A DNA stretch of 49,226 bases from an uncultured bacterium (GTDB taxonomy: Bacteria; Margulisbacteria; CAYMKA01), in assembly GCA_964390935.1 (NCBI GenBank), contig CAYMKA010000001.1, positions 1 through 49,226 of the forward strand, read 5' to 3'. Below are positions 35,432 to 43,494 of the stretch, in pieces. The notes beneath the pieces are model-generated. The model saw nothing but the letters and a program-made list of their open reading frames with translations, had not been told where the DNA came from and did no database searches. Each line of letters starts with the position of its first letter. The stretch's first letter is position 1. The position numbers and the translations under genes were made by a program.

Positions 35432-36148
35432 ATGCCGCCAAAGAAGTTTTTGACGACTGTCACTCGTATTGATCAATTTTCAGACTCTGTTAAACATTTT
35501 GTATTTACTTTGCCTCCCGGAGAACAAATTGATTTTATCGCTGGTCAATTTGCGATGAGCACTATTCCAAATCCAGAAAATCCCGCTAAACCTTTTAAGC
35601 GAGCTTACTCGATTGCTTCAAGCCCTTTTGAAAAAGATTTTATTGAATTAGCGATTACGTGGGTTCAAGGCGGCCCGGGTTCGACTTATTTTCATAAGAA
35701 TTTACACGTGGGTTCTCAATTTGAGTTAATGGCTCCTTATGGATCTTTTGCTTACCCGAAAAATTCTACTGGCCCTTTAGCCTTTGTTGCTACCGGAACA
35801 GGAATTACTCCGATGCGCAGTATGTATCGTCAGTTACTACACGACGGCTACAAAGATCCTTTACTTTTAATTCATGGAGTTCGTTTTGATAATGAACTTT
35901 ATTATGAAGACGAATTACAAGCGCTAAAAAAGAAATATCCTAACTTTAATTATGTGCGTACGCTCAGCCGACCTTCGGACAAATGGACTGGGGAAGCCGG
36001 TTACGTGCAAACCAAACTAGAAAAATATATTCCTAAAGATGTGACTGCGATTTATGTGTGTGGAGTTGGCAAAATGATCGAAGATGTCAAAACCACCATG
36101 GAATCACTGGGTCACGGCAAAGATAAAGTTCATTACGAAAAATGGTAA
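35432..36148 (+). CDS. Ferredoxin-NADP reductase-like FAD/NAD(P)-binding oxidoreductase
   Basis: RAYSIASSP (FAD-binding RxYS motif) and VATGTGITPMRSM (NAD(P)-binding). There is no fused ferredoxin domain. Confidence 0.8.
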   Translation: MPPKKFLTTVTRIDQFSDSVKHFVFTLPPGEQIDFIAGQFAMSTIPNPENPAKPFKRAYSIASSPFEKDFIELAITWVQGGPGSTYFHKNLHVGSQFELMAPYGSFAYPKNSTGPLAFVATGTGITPMRSMYRQLLHDGYKDPLLLIHGVRFDNELYYEDELQALKKKYPNFNYVRTLSRPSDKWTGEAGYVQTKLEKYIPKDVTAIYVCGVGKMIEDVKTTMESLGHGKDKVHYEKW

Positions 36149-36465
36149 TTACCGATTTAAAAGCCCAGGCTAGTTTTTCGGCTGATAATCCTGTTTTTAA
36201 ACCGCTCACCACGACTGATGATCAAAAACAAACTTTGATTTGCTTAAAAAGCGGTCAAGTTTTATCTAATCACAAGTCAATTGTGGATTCGGTATTAATT
36301 GTGATTTCTGGAAAAATTAAAGTGTACGACGGGCAACTCGCTAACGATTTGGAACCTGGTCAAGCTTTAGAGCTTGAAAAAAATGAAATGGCCAAAATTG
36401 AAGCCGATCAAGACAGTGCTCTTTTAATGCTGCAATTTCCTAATCCTAAGGCTAAAAAGAAGTAA
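36142..36465 (+). CDS. Cupin-domain protein
   Basis: 107 aa. ...LKSGQVLSNHKSIVDSVLIVISGKIKV...LEPGQALELEKNEMAKIEADQDSALLML fits a small cupin barrel. An ATGGTAA overlap links it to the upstream stop. Confidence 0.55.
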   Translation: MVITDLKAQASFSADNPVFKPLTTTDDQKQTLICLKSGQVLSNHKSIVDSVLIVISGKIKVYDGQLANDLEPGQALELEKNEMAKIEADQDSALLMLQFPNPKAKKK

Positions 36466-37108
36466 GAATTCTTAATTGATTTTGACGCAGCCACTTACGG
36501 CGCTGAGCATAATCAGGAATTTCTTGTGCCACTAACTTCCAAAAATTGGGACTATGGTTTAATTCTTTTAAATGACAGATTTCGTGCACCACAATGTAAT
36601 CAATGATCGATTTAGGCAAAAGCATTAACTGATAATTAAATTTTAAGACGCGCTGTCTGTCGCACGATCCCCAGCGGGCCGTAAAACGTCGTACCATGAT
36701 TTTAGATGAAAATAATTGATAGATATTTTCATAATACCCTACTCTCTTAGTAAGATATTCCAAAGCGGCTTGTTTTAACTGTTTTTCTGTAAGTCCGTGA
36801 CTGGGTTCAATAGAAGAATTTTTCTGAAGTGGGGTAATATGTTTTTCTAACCAGGTCGATTTTTCGTGAATATATTCTAAAACGGCATTCACTGAAAGTG
36901 ATTTGGGAGCACTGACATAAATCATGATGTCGCCCGAAATAGGCTTTAAACGCATCGACAAGCTTCTAGAAAATGGTTTTCGTTTAATGGTGACGGGATA
37001 ATGACGGTCCCCCACTTGAATTTGATTGGTTTGTATGGACAGAACATTGTTCTGTCCCTTACGAGCTTTATTGAAATGCTTCAGAATAGAATTTGGTTTC
37101 ATCACCAC
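36452..37108 (-). CDS. YgjP-like metal-dependent hydrolase (DUF45/M48-like, HExxH)
   Basis: ...RWGSC....VLKFNYQLMLLPKSIIDYIVVHEICHLKELNHSPNFW... is the typical DUF45 C-terminus. The exact start is uncertain. Confidence 0.75.
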   Translation of the reverse strand: MVMKPNSILKHFNKARKGQNNVLSIQTNQIQVGDRHYPVTIKRKPFSRSLSMRLKPISGDIMIYVSAPKSLSVNAVLEYIHEKSTWLEKHITPLQKNSSIEPSHGLTEKQLKQAALEYLTKRVGYYENIYQLFSSKIMVRRFTARWGSCDRQRVLKFNYQLMLLPKSIIDYIVVHEICHLKELNHSPNFWKLVAQEIPDYAQRRKWLRQNQLRILTSF

Positions 37109-37643
37109 TATAATTTAAATAATAACGCCCACCTTCATGATTGACCGTCAAGACATCGTCTGTCCCGGCAGTCAAACCAATCACCAGACGTTTTTGACCT
37201 TGATCTTCAAACACATAGAGCATGAAGTAACCTTTTTCTAAAAACAACTTTCTAAAATATTTTGGCTCAAACCCTTTGTCTGTTTTTTCGGCAATGTAAA
37301 CAAAAGTTGTTTTTTCTTGAGGTAATTTTCCAGAAATGACATAGTCCTCTTTGCCATTTTGATCTAAATCCATTTTAAGCAAAAAGAAGGTGTGTTTATC
37401 AAAATTTTTCTGGAAGAATTTTCGATCATAGTCAGAAGTGATATCGGCCACGTCAAATAAAACCGGATTCACAATAAAAGGAGCTGAAGTTTTTAAAATG
37501 CTCAGTGCTTCGTTACGGGAAAGAGCCGATTCTTTTTGAGAAGGTTTTATCACATGAGTTAAAAACCAGCCCAAAATAACCAAGACGAGCAATCCGATTA
37601 AAACATTGATTAGAAATTTAATTTTAGGAGTCACTACGGGCAT
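37068..37643 (-). CDS. Hypothetical membrane-anchored protein
   Basis: N-terminal TM helix (FLINVLIGLLVLVILGWFL). Contains a DLDQNGKEDYVISG motif (FG-GAP/calcium-loop-like). No confident family. Confidence 0.5.
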   Translation of the reverse strand: MPVVTPKIKFLINVLIGLLVLVILGWFLTHVIKPSQKESALSRNEALSILKTSAPFIVNPVLFDVADITSDYDRKFFQKNFDKHTFFLLKMDLDQNGKEDYVISGKLPQEKTTFVYIAEKTDKGFEPKYFRKLFLEKGYFMLYVFEDQGQKRLVIGLTAGTDDVLTVNHEGGRYYLNYSGDETKFYSEAFQ

Positions 37644-37657
37644 TATAATATCATCCC

Positions 37658-38008
37658 ATGCGAATAAAAATAGAAAATCTCAAATGCCCTTGCATCATCG
37701 GACTCTATAAAAACGAACGTAAAAAGAAGCAGCCTTTAATTTTGGACATAGAATATGAATATAATCCTCAAATAAGTCTTGTATCTGAAAATGCAACACA
37801 AATTGTGGATTACCACACTTTAAGCCAAATGTTGGTCGCACAGGCTCAAAAAAGTAGTTTTTTACTAATAGAAACTCTGGCTCAAGCCCTGATGGAAACA
37901 ATTTTTGAGAATCAAAAAATAACTTATGCCAAAGTGACCATTAAAAAACCCAGGGCTTTAAGGCCTGCCCTGGTTAGTGTGATTCACGAAAAAACGCGCC
38001 AAGACTGA
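37658..38008 (+). CDS. folB: Dihydroneopterin aldolase-like protein
   Basis: 116 aa. IKIENLKCPCIIGLYKNERKKKQPLILDIEY...VDYHTLSQMLV......LIETLAQALMETIF...VTIKKPRAL matches the FolB pattern. Confidence 0.7.
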   Translation: MRIKIENLKCPCIIGLYKNERKKKQPLILDIEYEYNPQISLVSENATQIVDYHTLSQMLVAQAQKSSFLLIETLAQALMETIFENQKITYAKVTIKKPRALRPALVSVIHEKTRQD

Positions 38009-38635
38009 CTATACTGATTTAGCCACCGATGCTGGCGTTTGAACATTGTAAACATATGTCGAAAGATTATTTTTTAATATTTTCATCTTCATCTTTTCGG
38101 CCCGCTCCACCAAATCAGAATCTTCGGCGTAAGAAATAATTCTAAAGCCGTTTAATTTTTCAAAAGCTTTTTTTGAAATTAGCAAAGTGCCTGAACAAAC
38201 ACATTGAGTAATATGAATTTTTTGATTTGTGTCATGTCGATCAGGAACATAAGCCAATTCTTCCGGCCCCCAAACAATTACAGGACTATAAACAATATCT
38301 GCATTATTTTTTTTCATAAATTCATATTGCACCTGCAAATGCTCAGGTTTGTAATAATCATCCGAATCGATAATAGCGAAACAGTCTCCAGATGATTTTT
38401 GAGCTGCCAAATTTCTGGAACCTGAGATACCCAGTTGCTTATGAAAAAAATACTTAATTCGGGGGTCTTTTTTTAAATATTTTTTTACAACCTCTGCTGT
38501 ATCATCCGTACTGCCATCGTCAGAAATTAAAAGTTCCCAGTTTGAATAGGTCTGAGCCAGCACCGAATCAATGGCTTTTGAAATTAAATTTGATCTATTA
38601 AGCGTTGTTAATAGGATTGAAATTATGTCATTCAT
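38009..38635 (-). CDS. Small family-2 glycosyltransferase (GT-A domain only)
   Basis: ISILLTTLNRSNLISKAIDSVLAQTYSNWELLISDDGSTDDTAEVV...IIDSDD. 208 aa. Confidence 0.8.
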   Translation of the reverse strand: MNDIISILLTTLNRSNLISKAIDSVLAQTYSNWELLISDDGSTDDTAEVVKKYLKKDPRIKYFFHKQLGISGSRNLAAQKSSGDCFAIIDSDDYYKPEHLQVQYEFMKKNNADIVYSPVIVWGPEELAYVPDRHDTNQKIHITQCVCSGTLLISKKAFEKLNGFRIISYAEDSDLVERAEKMKMKILKNNLSTYVYNVQTPASVAKSV

Positions 38636-39386
38636 TTTTATTAGACCAAACCGGGATATTTTTTCCGTTAAGATCCAGTGGTCGCTTAGTGACTAATTGA
38701 ATAACCTTTTCAGCAATATCTTTTGGTTTTAAGTCGGCTTCGTAATCAGCACTCACAATGGCTTTGAGCATTTGAGTGTCTACGGCTCCTGGGCTAATAC
38801 AATAACCTAAAATGTTTTTACCGTGTAAATTTCCTTCTTGAGCAATCATTTCGGTAAAACCAATCACAGCTGCTTTAGTCGCCGCATACGGGCCTAGTCC
38901 ATCAAATTTAGAAACGCCATAAATACCAGCCACCGAAGCAACATTCACCAAAGTCCCCTTACGACTCATTTTTTGCAGCGCCAATCGACACAATTTAAAA
39001 ACCGCTGTCACGTTTACCGCCAGCATTTTTTCAAATGATTCGTCCGACATGTTTTTAATTTCATCTTGATAACAGACCCCGGCGTTATTGACCAAAACTT
39101 CCCAAATATCATTTTGCTTAATTAACTTTTCAATAAGCGCAGAAATAATCAAAAAGGATTTCTGATCAGACAAATCAAGTGCCAAAAGTTCTAAAGGAAC
39201 ATTCACTTCTTTTAAAACATTTTTTTGAGTCTCTTTTAGTTGTTCGAGAGTTCGGCTAATTAAGATAAGTCCATAATTTTGTTTGGCTAGTTCAAGAGCA
39301 ACGCTAGCGCCAATGCCACGACCCGCTCCGGTCACAACCGCCCATTTATTCGCCACGATACTCTGCCCAGTTATTTTCAGTCTCAA
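38628..39386 (-). CDS. Short-chain dehydrogenase/reductase (candidate sepiapterin-reductase-type enzyme by context)
   Basis: WAVVTGAGRGIGASVALELAK (TGxxxGxG), NNAG, and the S...YAATKAAV catalytic motif. The start could alternatively be the GTG at 39359. Confidence 0.85.
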   Translation of the reverse strand: MRLKITGQSIVANKWAVVTGAGRGIGASVALELAKQNYGLILISRTLEQLKETQKNVLKEVNVPLELLALDLSDQKSFLIISALIEKLIKQNDIWEVLVNNAGVCYQDEIKNMSDESFEKMLAVNVTAVFKLCRLALQKMSRKGTLVNVASVAGIYGVSKFDGLGPYAATKAAVIGFTEMIAQEGNLHGKNILGYCISPGAVDTQMLKAIVSADYEADLKPKDIAEKVIQLVTKRPLDLNGKNIPVWSNKNE

Positions 39387-39744
39387 TTAGTTTAATAGAA
39401 AATAAATCCAGATGAGGTTTTAAACGGTTCCAAAAGGCCAACACCAAATTTTCAGCAGTAGGATTAATATTTTTTAGCCACGTGACATCTTGGTTAAGAT
39501 GTTTATGATCCACTTCGCTGATAATTTCACGATGAATAATTTCTTTTAATTGCACCAAATTCATCACCATGCCATTTTGAGCATTAGGTTTGCCAGCAAT
39601 CGTGACTTGAATTTCATAATTATGGCCATGTCCATAAAAATTAGCGCATTTTCCATAAAGCTTTTGGTTTTCTATTTCCGATAAATCATTTTGATACAGA
39701 CGATGGGCAGCAGCAAAAGTCTCGCGGCGGGTCAAATAAAGCAT
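39346..39744 (-). CDS. 6-pyruvoyl-tetrahydropterin synthase (animal-type PTPS motif set)
   Basis: RRETFAAAHRLYQNDLSEIENQKLYGKCANFYGHGHNYEIQVTIAGKPNAQNGMVMNLVQLKE closely follows the PTPS pattern fsAaHrL...N..lfGKCnn.nGHGHNY. Confidence 0.85.
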   Translation of the reverse strand: MLYLTRRETFAAAHRLYQNDLSEIENQKLYGKCANFYGHGHNYEIQVTIAGKPNAQNGMVMNLVQLKEIIHREIISEVDHKHLNQDVTWLKNINPTAENLVLAFWNRLKPHLDLFSIKLIETENNWAEYRGE

Positions 39745-39795
39745 ATTAAATTTTATCAGGATGTTAGTTCAGAAGATACCGTATAATTCTCCAAC

Positions 39796-40209
39796 ATGAC
39801 TGCAAGCCAATATCAAATTATTAAAAAAATCTCTTTTTGTTACGGACATCGCTTGCTCGGACATCAGGGAAAATGCAAAAACCTGCATGGTCATAATGCG
39901 ACATTAGAAATTGTCTTGCAAAATAACCAGCTTAATCCGTTAGGCATGGTAGTTGATTTTGCAGACGTTAAAAAAATAATGAAAAACTATATTGACGAAA
40001 AAATTGATCATAAAATGATTTTATTTAAAGAAGATCCTTATCTCGAAATACTCCAAAAACAAAATGAACCCGTTTTTGTTATGGAGCAAAATCCAACTGC
40101 CGAAAATTTAGCCAAACATCTCTTTGAGATCGCTAAAAAAAATGGCCTGCCTGTAATCGAAGTCCGTCTATTTGAAACCGAAACTTCGATTGCCAGTTAT
40201 CATGAATAA
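39796..40209 (+). CDS. queD: 6-carboxy-5,6,7,8-tetrahydropterin synthase (QueD/PTPS-I-like paralogue)
   Basis: ISFCYGHRLLGHQGKCKNLHGHNATLEIVL...LGMVVDFADVKK...DHKMIL...NPTAENLAKHLF. It is divergent from the other PTPS gene. Confidence 0.75.
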   Translation: MTASQYQIIKKISFCYGHRLLGHQGKCKNLHGHNATLEIVLQNNQLNPLGMVVDFADVKKIMKNYIDEKIDHKMILFKEDPYLEILQKQNEPVFVMEQNPTAENLAKHLFEIAKKNGLPVIEVRLFETETSIASYHE

Positions 40210-40846
40210 TGTCCTTGATGAACTTTTACCATCTGCATTAAAAATTGATGCAGAAAATTTAAATAAACTCTTTAATTCCGAAAAAATTTTAGAAAATATT
40301 TTTAACTCTCCAGACCTTAATTTTTTGTGTGTGTTTAAAGAATGTGAAAGCCGGTGCTGTAAAAATGACGGCAGCCGTTTTGTGCTTATCTCCGATTTGC
40401 TGCTATTAAAAAAAGCAGGCCTTGAAAATCATGTTCTGGGAAAATATCCTTCTGCTCAAGTGGCGATGGATTTATTAAAACGGCCTGACGATATTGATTA
40501 TCACCGTGAAAACTATGTGATGCCGCATTTAGAAAACAAAACGGTTAAAGGGCAAGCTCAATGTATTTTCTTAAACAGCGACTACACCTGTGGTATTTAT
40601 GAATATCGGCCGTCCGTTTGTCGCGTTTATCCCTTTTCATTTCAAACAAAATTATCTAAACCTCAAATTTTTACTCATGCCAATAAACTTTGCCCTCCTT
40701 CGGCCCACGGAGAAGTGAACTGGCAGCAGTTAAAACAAGTCGCACTTGATATCATTCAAGACGCCCAACGAATTAAGCAAACACTTTATCTATTGGCTTA
40801 TAAAAGAAGCGAGCTTAGTGAGATTGGTCTGAGCCAGTGGTTATAG
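40202..40846 (+). CDS. YkgJ-family cysteine-cluster protein
   Basis: CESRCCKNDG... and ...CIFLNSDYTCGIYEYRPSVCRVYPF (CxxCxxCC-type domain). Start moved to the ATG at 40202, which overlaps the queD stop (ATGAATAA). Confidence 0.7.
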   Translation: MNNVLDELLPSALKIDAENLNKLFNSEKILENIFNSPDLNFLCVFKECESRCCKNDGSRFVLISDLLLLKKAGLENHVLGKYPSAQVAMDLLKRPDDIDYHRENYVMPHLENKTVKGQAQCIFLNSDYTCGIYEYRPSVCRVYPFSFQTKLSKPQIFTHANKLCPPSAHGEVNWQQLKQVALDIIQDAQRIKQTLYLLAYKRSELSEIGLSQWL

Positions 40847-41821
40847 GTCGTCAGAAGAATTTGTTCTGAGTTCAGTTTTAGTCGGCTGATTTAAAATATC
40901 CAGCGGGCTATTCGCTAAATCTTCTTGAATAAAATCGTTTAAAGTTAAATCTTTTTTAGTCGATTCAGTTTTGTTCATATTTTCAGTGCTTTTTAAAGCC
41001 AGTTGTCTGGCCAATTTGATATTTTTAATTCTTTTAGCCGTTGGCTTGATAAGAATAGATTTACTTTTTCTAGGCGGAAAATTGTTAATTTCAGATCGAG
41101 AAGAAGTTTGAATTGTCTTAGCTTTATTTTTAATTTTTGCTCGAGAACGTTTTTTAACCGGCGTCTTTTTAGCTTCATTTTTTGTTTTAGCTTTTAATTT
41201 ACTTTTTTTATTAAGCTTTTTCTTTACAGTTTTTTTGATTGTTTTTTTCTTTTTAATATTTCGGGTGGTTTTTTTATTAACAGAAATTGATTTAGAAGTA
41301 TTTTTTGATTTAAGTTTCTTTTTAGATTTTCTTTTAGATTTCTTTGAAGTTTTCTTTTTAGAACTAAACGCTTTAGAACTTCTTAAATAAAAAGCAGTAA
41401 ACACAACTAAGATAGCCAATCCACCCCACACTGCTGATTTTCTATATTTTCTAAAGTTAAAAGGACGATTAGGGCGATGAGGTTTTACCGCCGAAATTGA
41501 AACGTGCGAAAAACGATAATAACGATCGCTGCGCAAAGCATAACGATCAATCCCCGGACGATATCTAATGCCATTTGTGATTAAAAAATCACGCCAAGTG
41601 ACATTTTGTCGGACTGTGAAAACAACCTTTTGACTTTTTAAGTAATCCAACCCTTCTTGCATAAAGGCAGAAATGCCCACCGTTTCACTTGGTCTGCCTT
41701 GCAAAATAAATTTAGAAGTTTGAGAAACAGGATCAATACGAAACTGAGAATTGGCGTACAAAAAAGAACCAAACGACAAAAAACAGACTAAAAATAAAGC
41801 AAAAGTTTTTTTAAAACGCAT
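40841..41821 (-). CDS. Bitopic membrane protein with an extracytoplasmic N-domain and a long lysine-rich (histone H1-like) tail
   Basis: Signal peptide (FALFLVCFLSFGSFLYA), a ~110-aa domain, a TM helix (AVWGGLAILVVFTAFYL), then ~130 aa of K/S/T-rich low complexity (KKKTSKKSKRKSKKKLKSK...KKTVKKKLNKKSKLKAKTK). Confidence 0.6.
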   Translation of the reverse strand: MRFKKTFALFLVCFLSFGSFLYANSQFRIDPVSQTSKFILQGRPSETVGISAFMQEGLDYLKSQKVVFTVRQNVTWRDFLITNGIRYRPGIDRYALRSDRYYRFSHVSISAVKPHRPNRPFNFRKYRKSAVWGGLAILVVFTAFYLRSSKAFSSKKKTSKKSKRKSKKKLKSKNTSKSISVNKKTTRNIKKKKTIKKTVKKKLNKKSKLKAKTKNEAKKTPVKKRSRAKIKNKAKTIQTSSRSEINNFPPRKSKSILIKPTAKRIKNIKLARQLALKSTENMNKTESTKKDLTLNDFIQEDLANSPLDILNQPTKTELRTNSSDDL

Positions 41822-41825
41822 TAAC

Positions 41826-42200
41826 CTATTCGTCTCTAAAAAGTCCCAGAGCTAAAGAAAGCCATCCCAGTAAAAGCGCCACGCCTCCAAAAGGGGTGAT
41901 CGTCATCAGCCAGGTATTCCCCGTAAAAACATAAGCTAAAAGAGAACCCGAAAACAACCAAATCCCAAAAATAAAAAAGAAACCCGCTAGCGGCATTAAG
42001 TTTGAATGCCACAACGTTGCTGCCCAGGTCACGCCCATAAGAGCAAACGCGTGGTAAAACATATAACGAATACCCACTTCATAAATTTGAAACATATCAG
42101 GCGACAATTGCGTCTTAATAAAGTGACCGCCTATAGCGCCAAACGCTACGCCTAAAAAGCCAAATACTGCTGCAAAAAACATAAAAACTTTCACTAACAT
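41826..42200 (-). CDS. DUF423 (YgdD-like) membrane protein
   Basis: 124 aa with 4 TM helices. ...AFGAIGGHF...YMFYHAFAL...LFSGSLLAY...ITPFGGVALLLGW fits DUF423. Confidence 0.7.
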   Translation of the reverse strand: MLVKVFMFFAAVFGFLGVAFGAIGGHFIKTQLSPDMFQIYEVGIRYMFYHAFALMGVTWAATLWHSNLMPLAGFFFIFGIWLFSGSLLAYVFTGNTWLMTITPFGGVALLLGWLSLALGLFRDE

Positions 42201-42261
42201 GGGAAGCCCCCCTCTGGATTGATATAAAAATTATACCTGAATTATTTTTTTATTTCAGATT

Positions 42262-42906
42262 TTAGATTTTGAGGACAATATTGATACCGTCTCTCACCGG
42301 CAGCATGACACTTTCTACTTTTTTATCTTTTAAGATCATTTTGTTAAGCCGGTCGATGGCTTTGGCGCTTTTAGATTGAGGATCTAAAACTTCTCCGCTC
42401 CACAAACAATTATCAACTACCAAGAGTCCTCCGCTGCGTAAAAGGGGTATGGTTTTTTGATAATAAACCGGATAATTTTCTTTATCGGCATCCATAAAAA
42501 TTAAATCAAACTTTTGTTTTTGCTTAGTCAAAATATCGATGCTTAAAAGAGCGGGGCCCATGCGCACTTCTATTTTTTTGCCATGGGGACTTTTATCAAA
42601 ATATTTTTTAGCCATCATGGCCGAATCCAGATTGACCTCACAGGTTACGACTTTGCCGCCGACCGGAAGTGCTTCCGCAAACGACAACGCCGAGTAACCA
42701 GTAAACATGCCAATTTCTAAAACTTTTTTTGCTTGAACCAACTGCGTTAGCATTTTTAACAAGCGGCCTTCTAATTTGCCCGAGAGCATTTGAGGTGCAC
42801 TTATTTTTTGATGAGTCTCTTCGGTGAGCTTAACCAATAAACTTGGTTCGGCGCTGGTATGCTTACGGCAATATTCTTCTAATTTGGGGTCGGTGTAAGT
42901 TTTCAA
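42262..42906 (-). CDS. Class I SAM-dependent O-methyltransferase (caffeoyl-CoA OMT/YrrM-like)
   Basis: VLEIGMFTGYSALSFAEALPVGGKVVTCEVN...FDLIFMDADKENYPVYY...LRSGGLLVVDNCLWSG. Confidence 0.85.
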   Translation of the reverse strand: MKTYTDPKLEEYCRKHTSAEPSLLVKLTEETHQKISAPQMLSGKLEGRLLKMLTQLVQAKKVLEIGMFTGYSALSFAEALPVGGKVVTCEVNLDSAMMAKKYFDKSPHGKKIEVRMGPALLSIDILTKQKQKFDLIFMDADKENYPVYYQKTIPLLRSGGLLVVDNCLWSGEVLDPQSKSAKAIDRLNKMILKDKKVESVMLPVRDGINIVLKI

Positions 42907-42912
42907 TTTTAT

Positions 42913-43494
42913 TTAGTATCGAACTGCCATGTACAAAAAGCTTAAATAAATTAAAAGAAGCAGCCCATAATAAGTCCACATGGGAGCATTCGTTTTATAA
43001 AAAAATTCACGGTAACTGACATTTTCATTCATTTGATAGGTAAATAAACCCAATGCCCATCCAAAAAAAGTACCCAAGATAATTCCTGGAAAAAACATAA
43101 CGAAATAAACACCCAGAGAGGACAGTGCATCAAAAATCACCGGCATTAAAAAAACTTCTCTTAAAGACTGCAGGGTAAACGTATTTGAAACAGTAAACAG
43201 CACTCTAAAGTTAGAAAGAATAGCTTGAATTAAACTTACCGCCAGAGTGTAAAAAAGCCCCATCACTGCTCCCACCAGCGCGGTGTACCACAAGTAACGA
43301 GAGCGTTCTTCGTTTAGTTTTTTTAAAACGATATTAAAAAACAATTGCACAAAAATACTCATCGGCAGCCCAAAAAAAATAAAAACACTGGTTAAAACAT
43401 ATAAAAAGTCTTCACTATTTACATTGAACAAAGCTAAATAAATAGAAGGCAGTAAAATTAAAAATGCGTGAGGATAAAAGACAATATTTAGCAT
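42913..43494 (-). CDS. Hypothetical polytopic membrane protein (about 5-6 TM helices)
   Basis: 193 aa, strongly hydrophobic. Its ATG overlaps the stop of the upstream ABC ATPase gene (TAATG). Confidence 0.55.
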   Translation of the reverse strand: MLNIVFYPHAFLILLPSIYLALFNVNSEDFLYVLTSVFIFFGLPMSIFVQLFFNIVLKKLNEERSRYLWYTALVGAVMGLFYTLAVSLIQAILSNFRVLFTVSNTFTLQSLREVFLMPVIFDALSSLGVYFVMFFPGIILGTFFGWALGLFTYQMNENVSYREFFYKTNAPMWTYYGLLLLIYLSFLYMAVRY

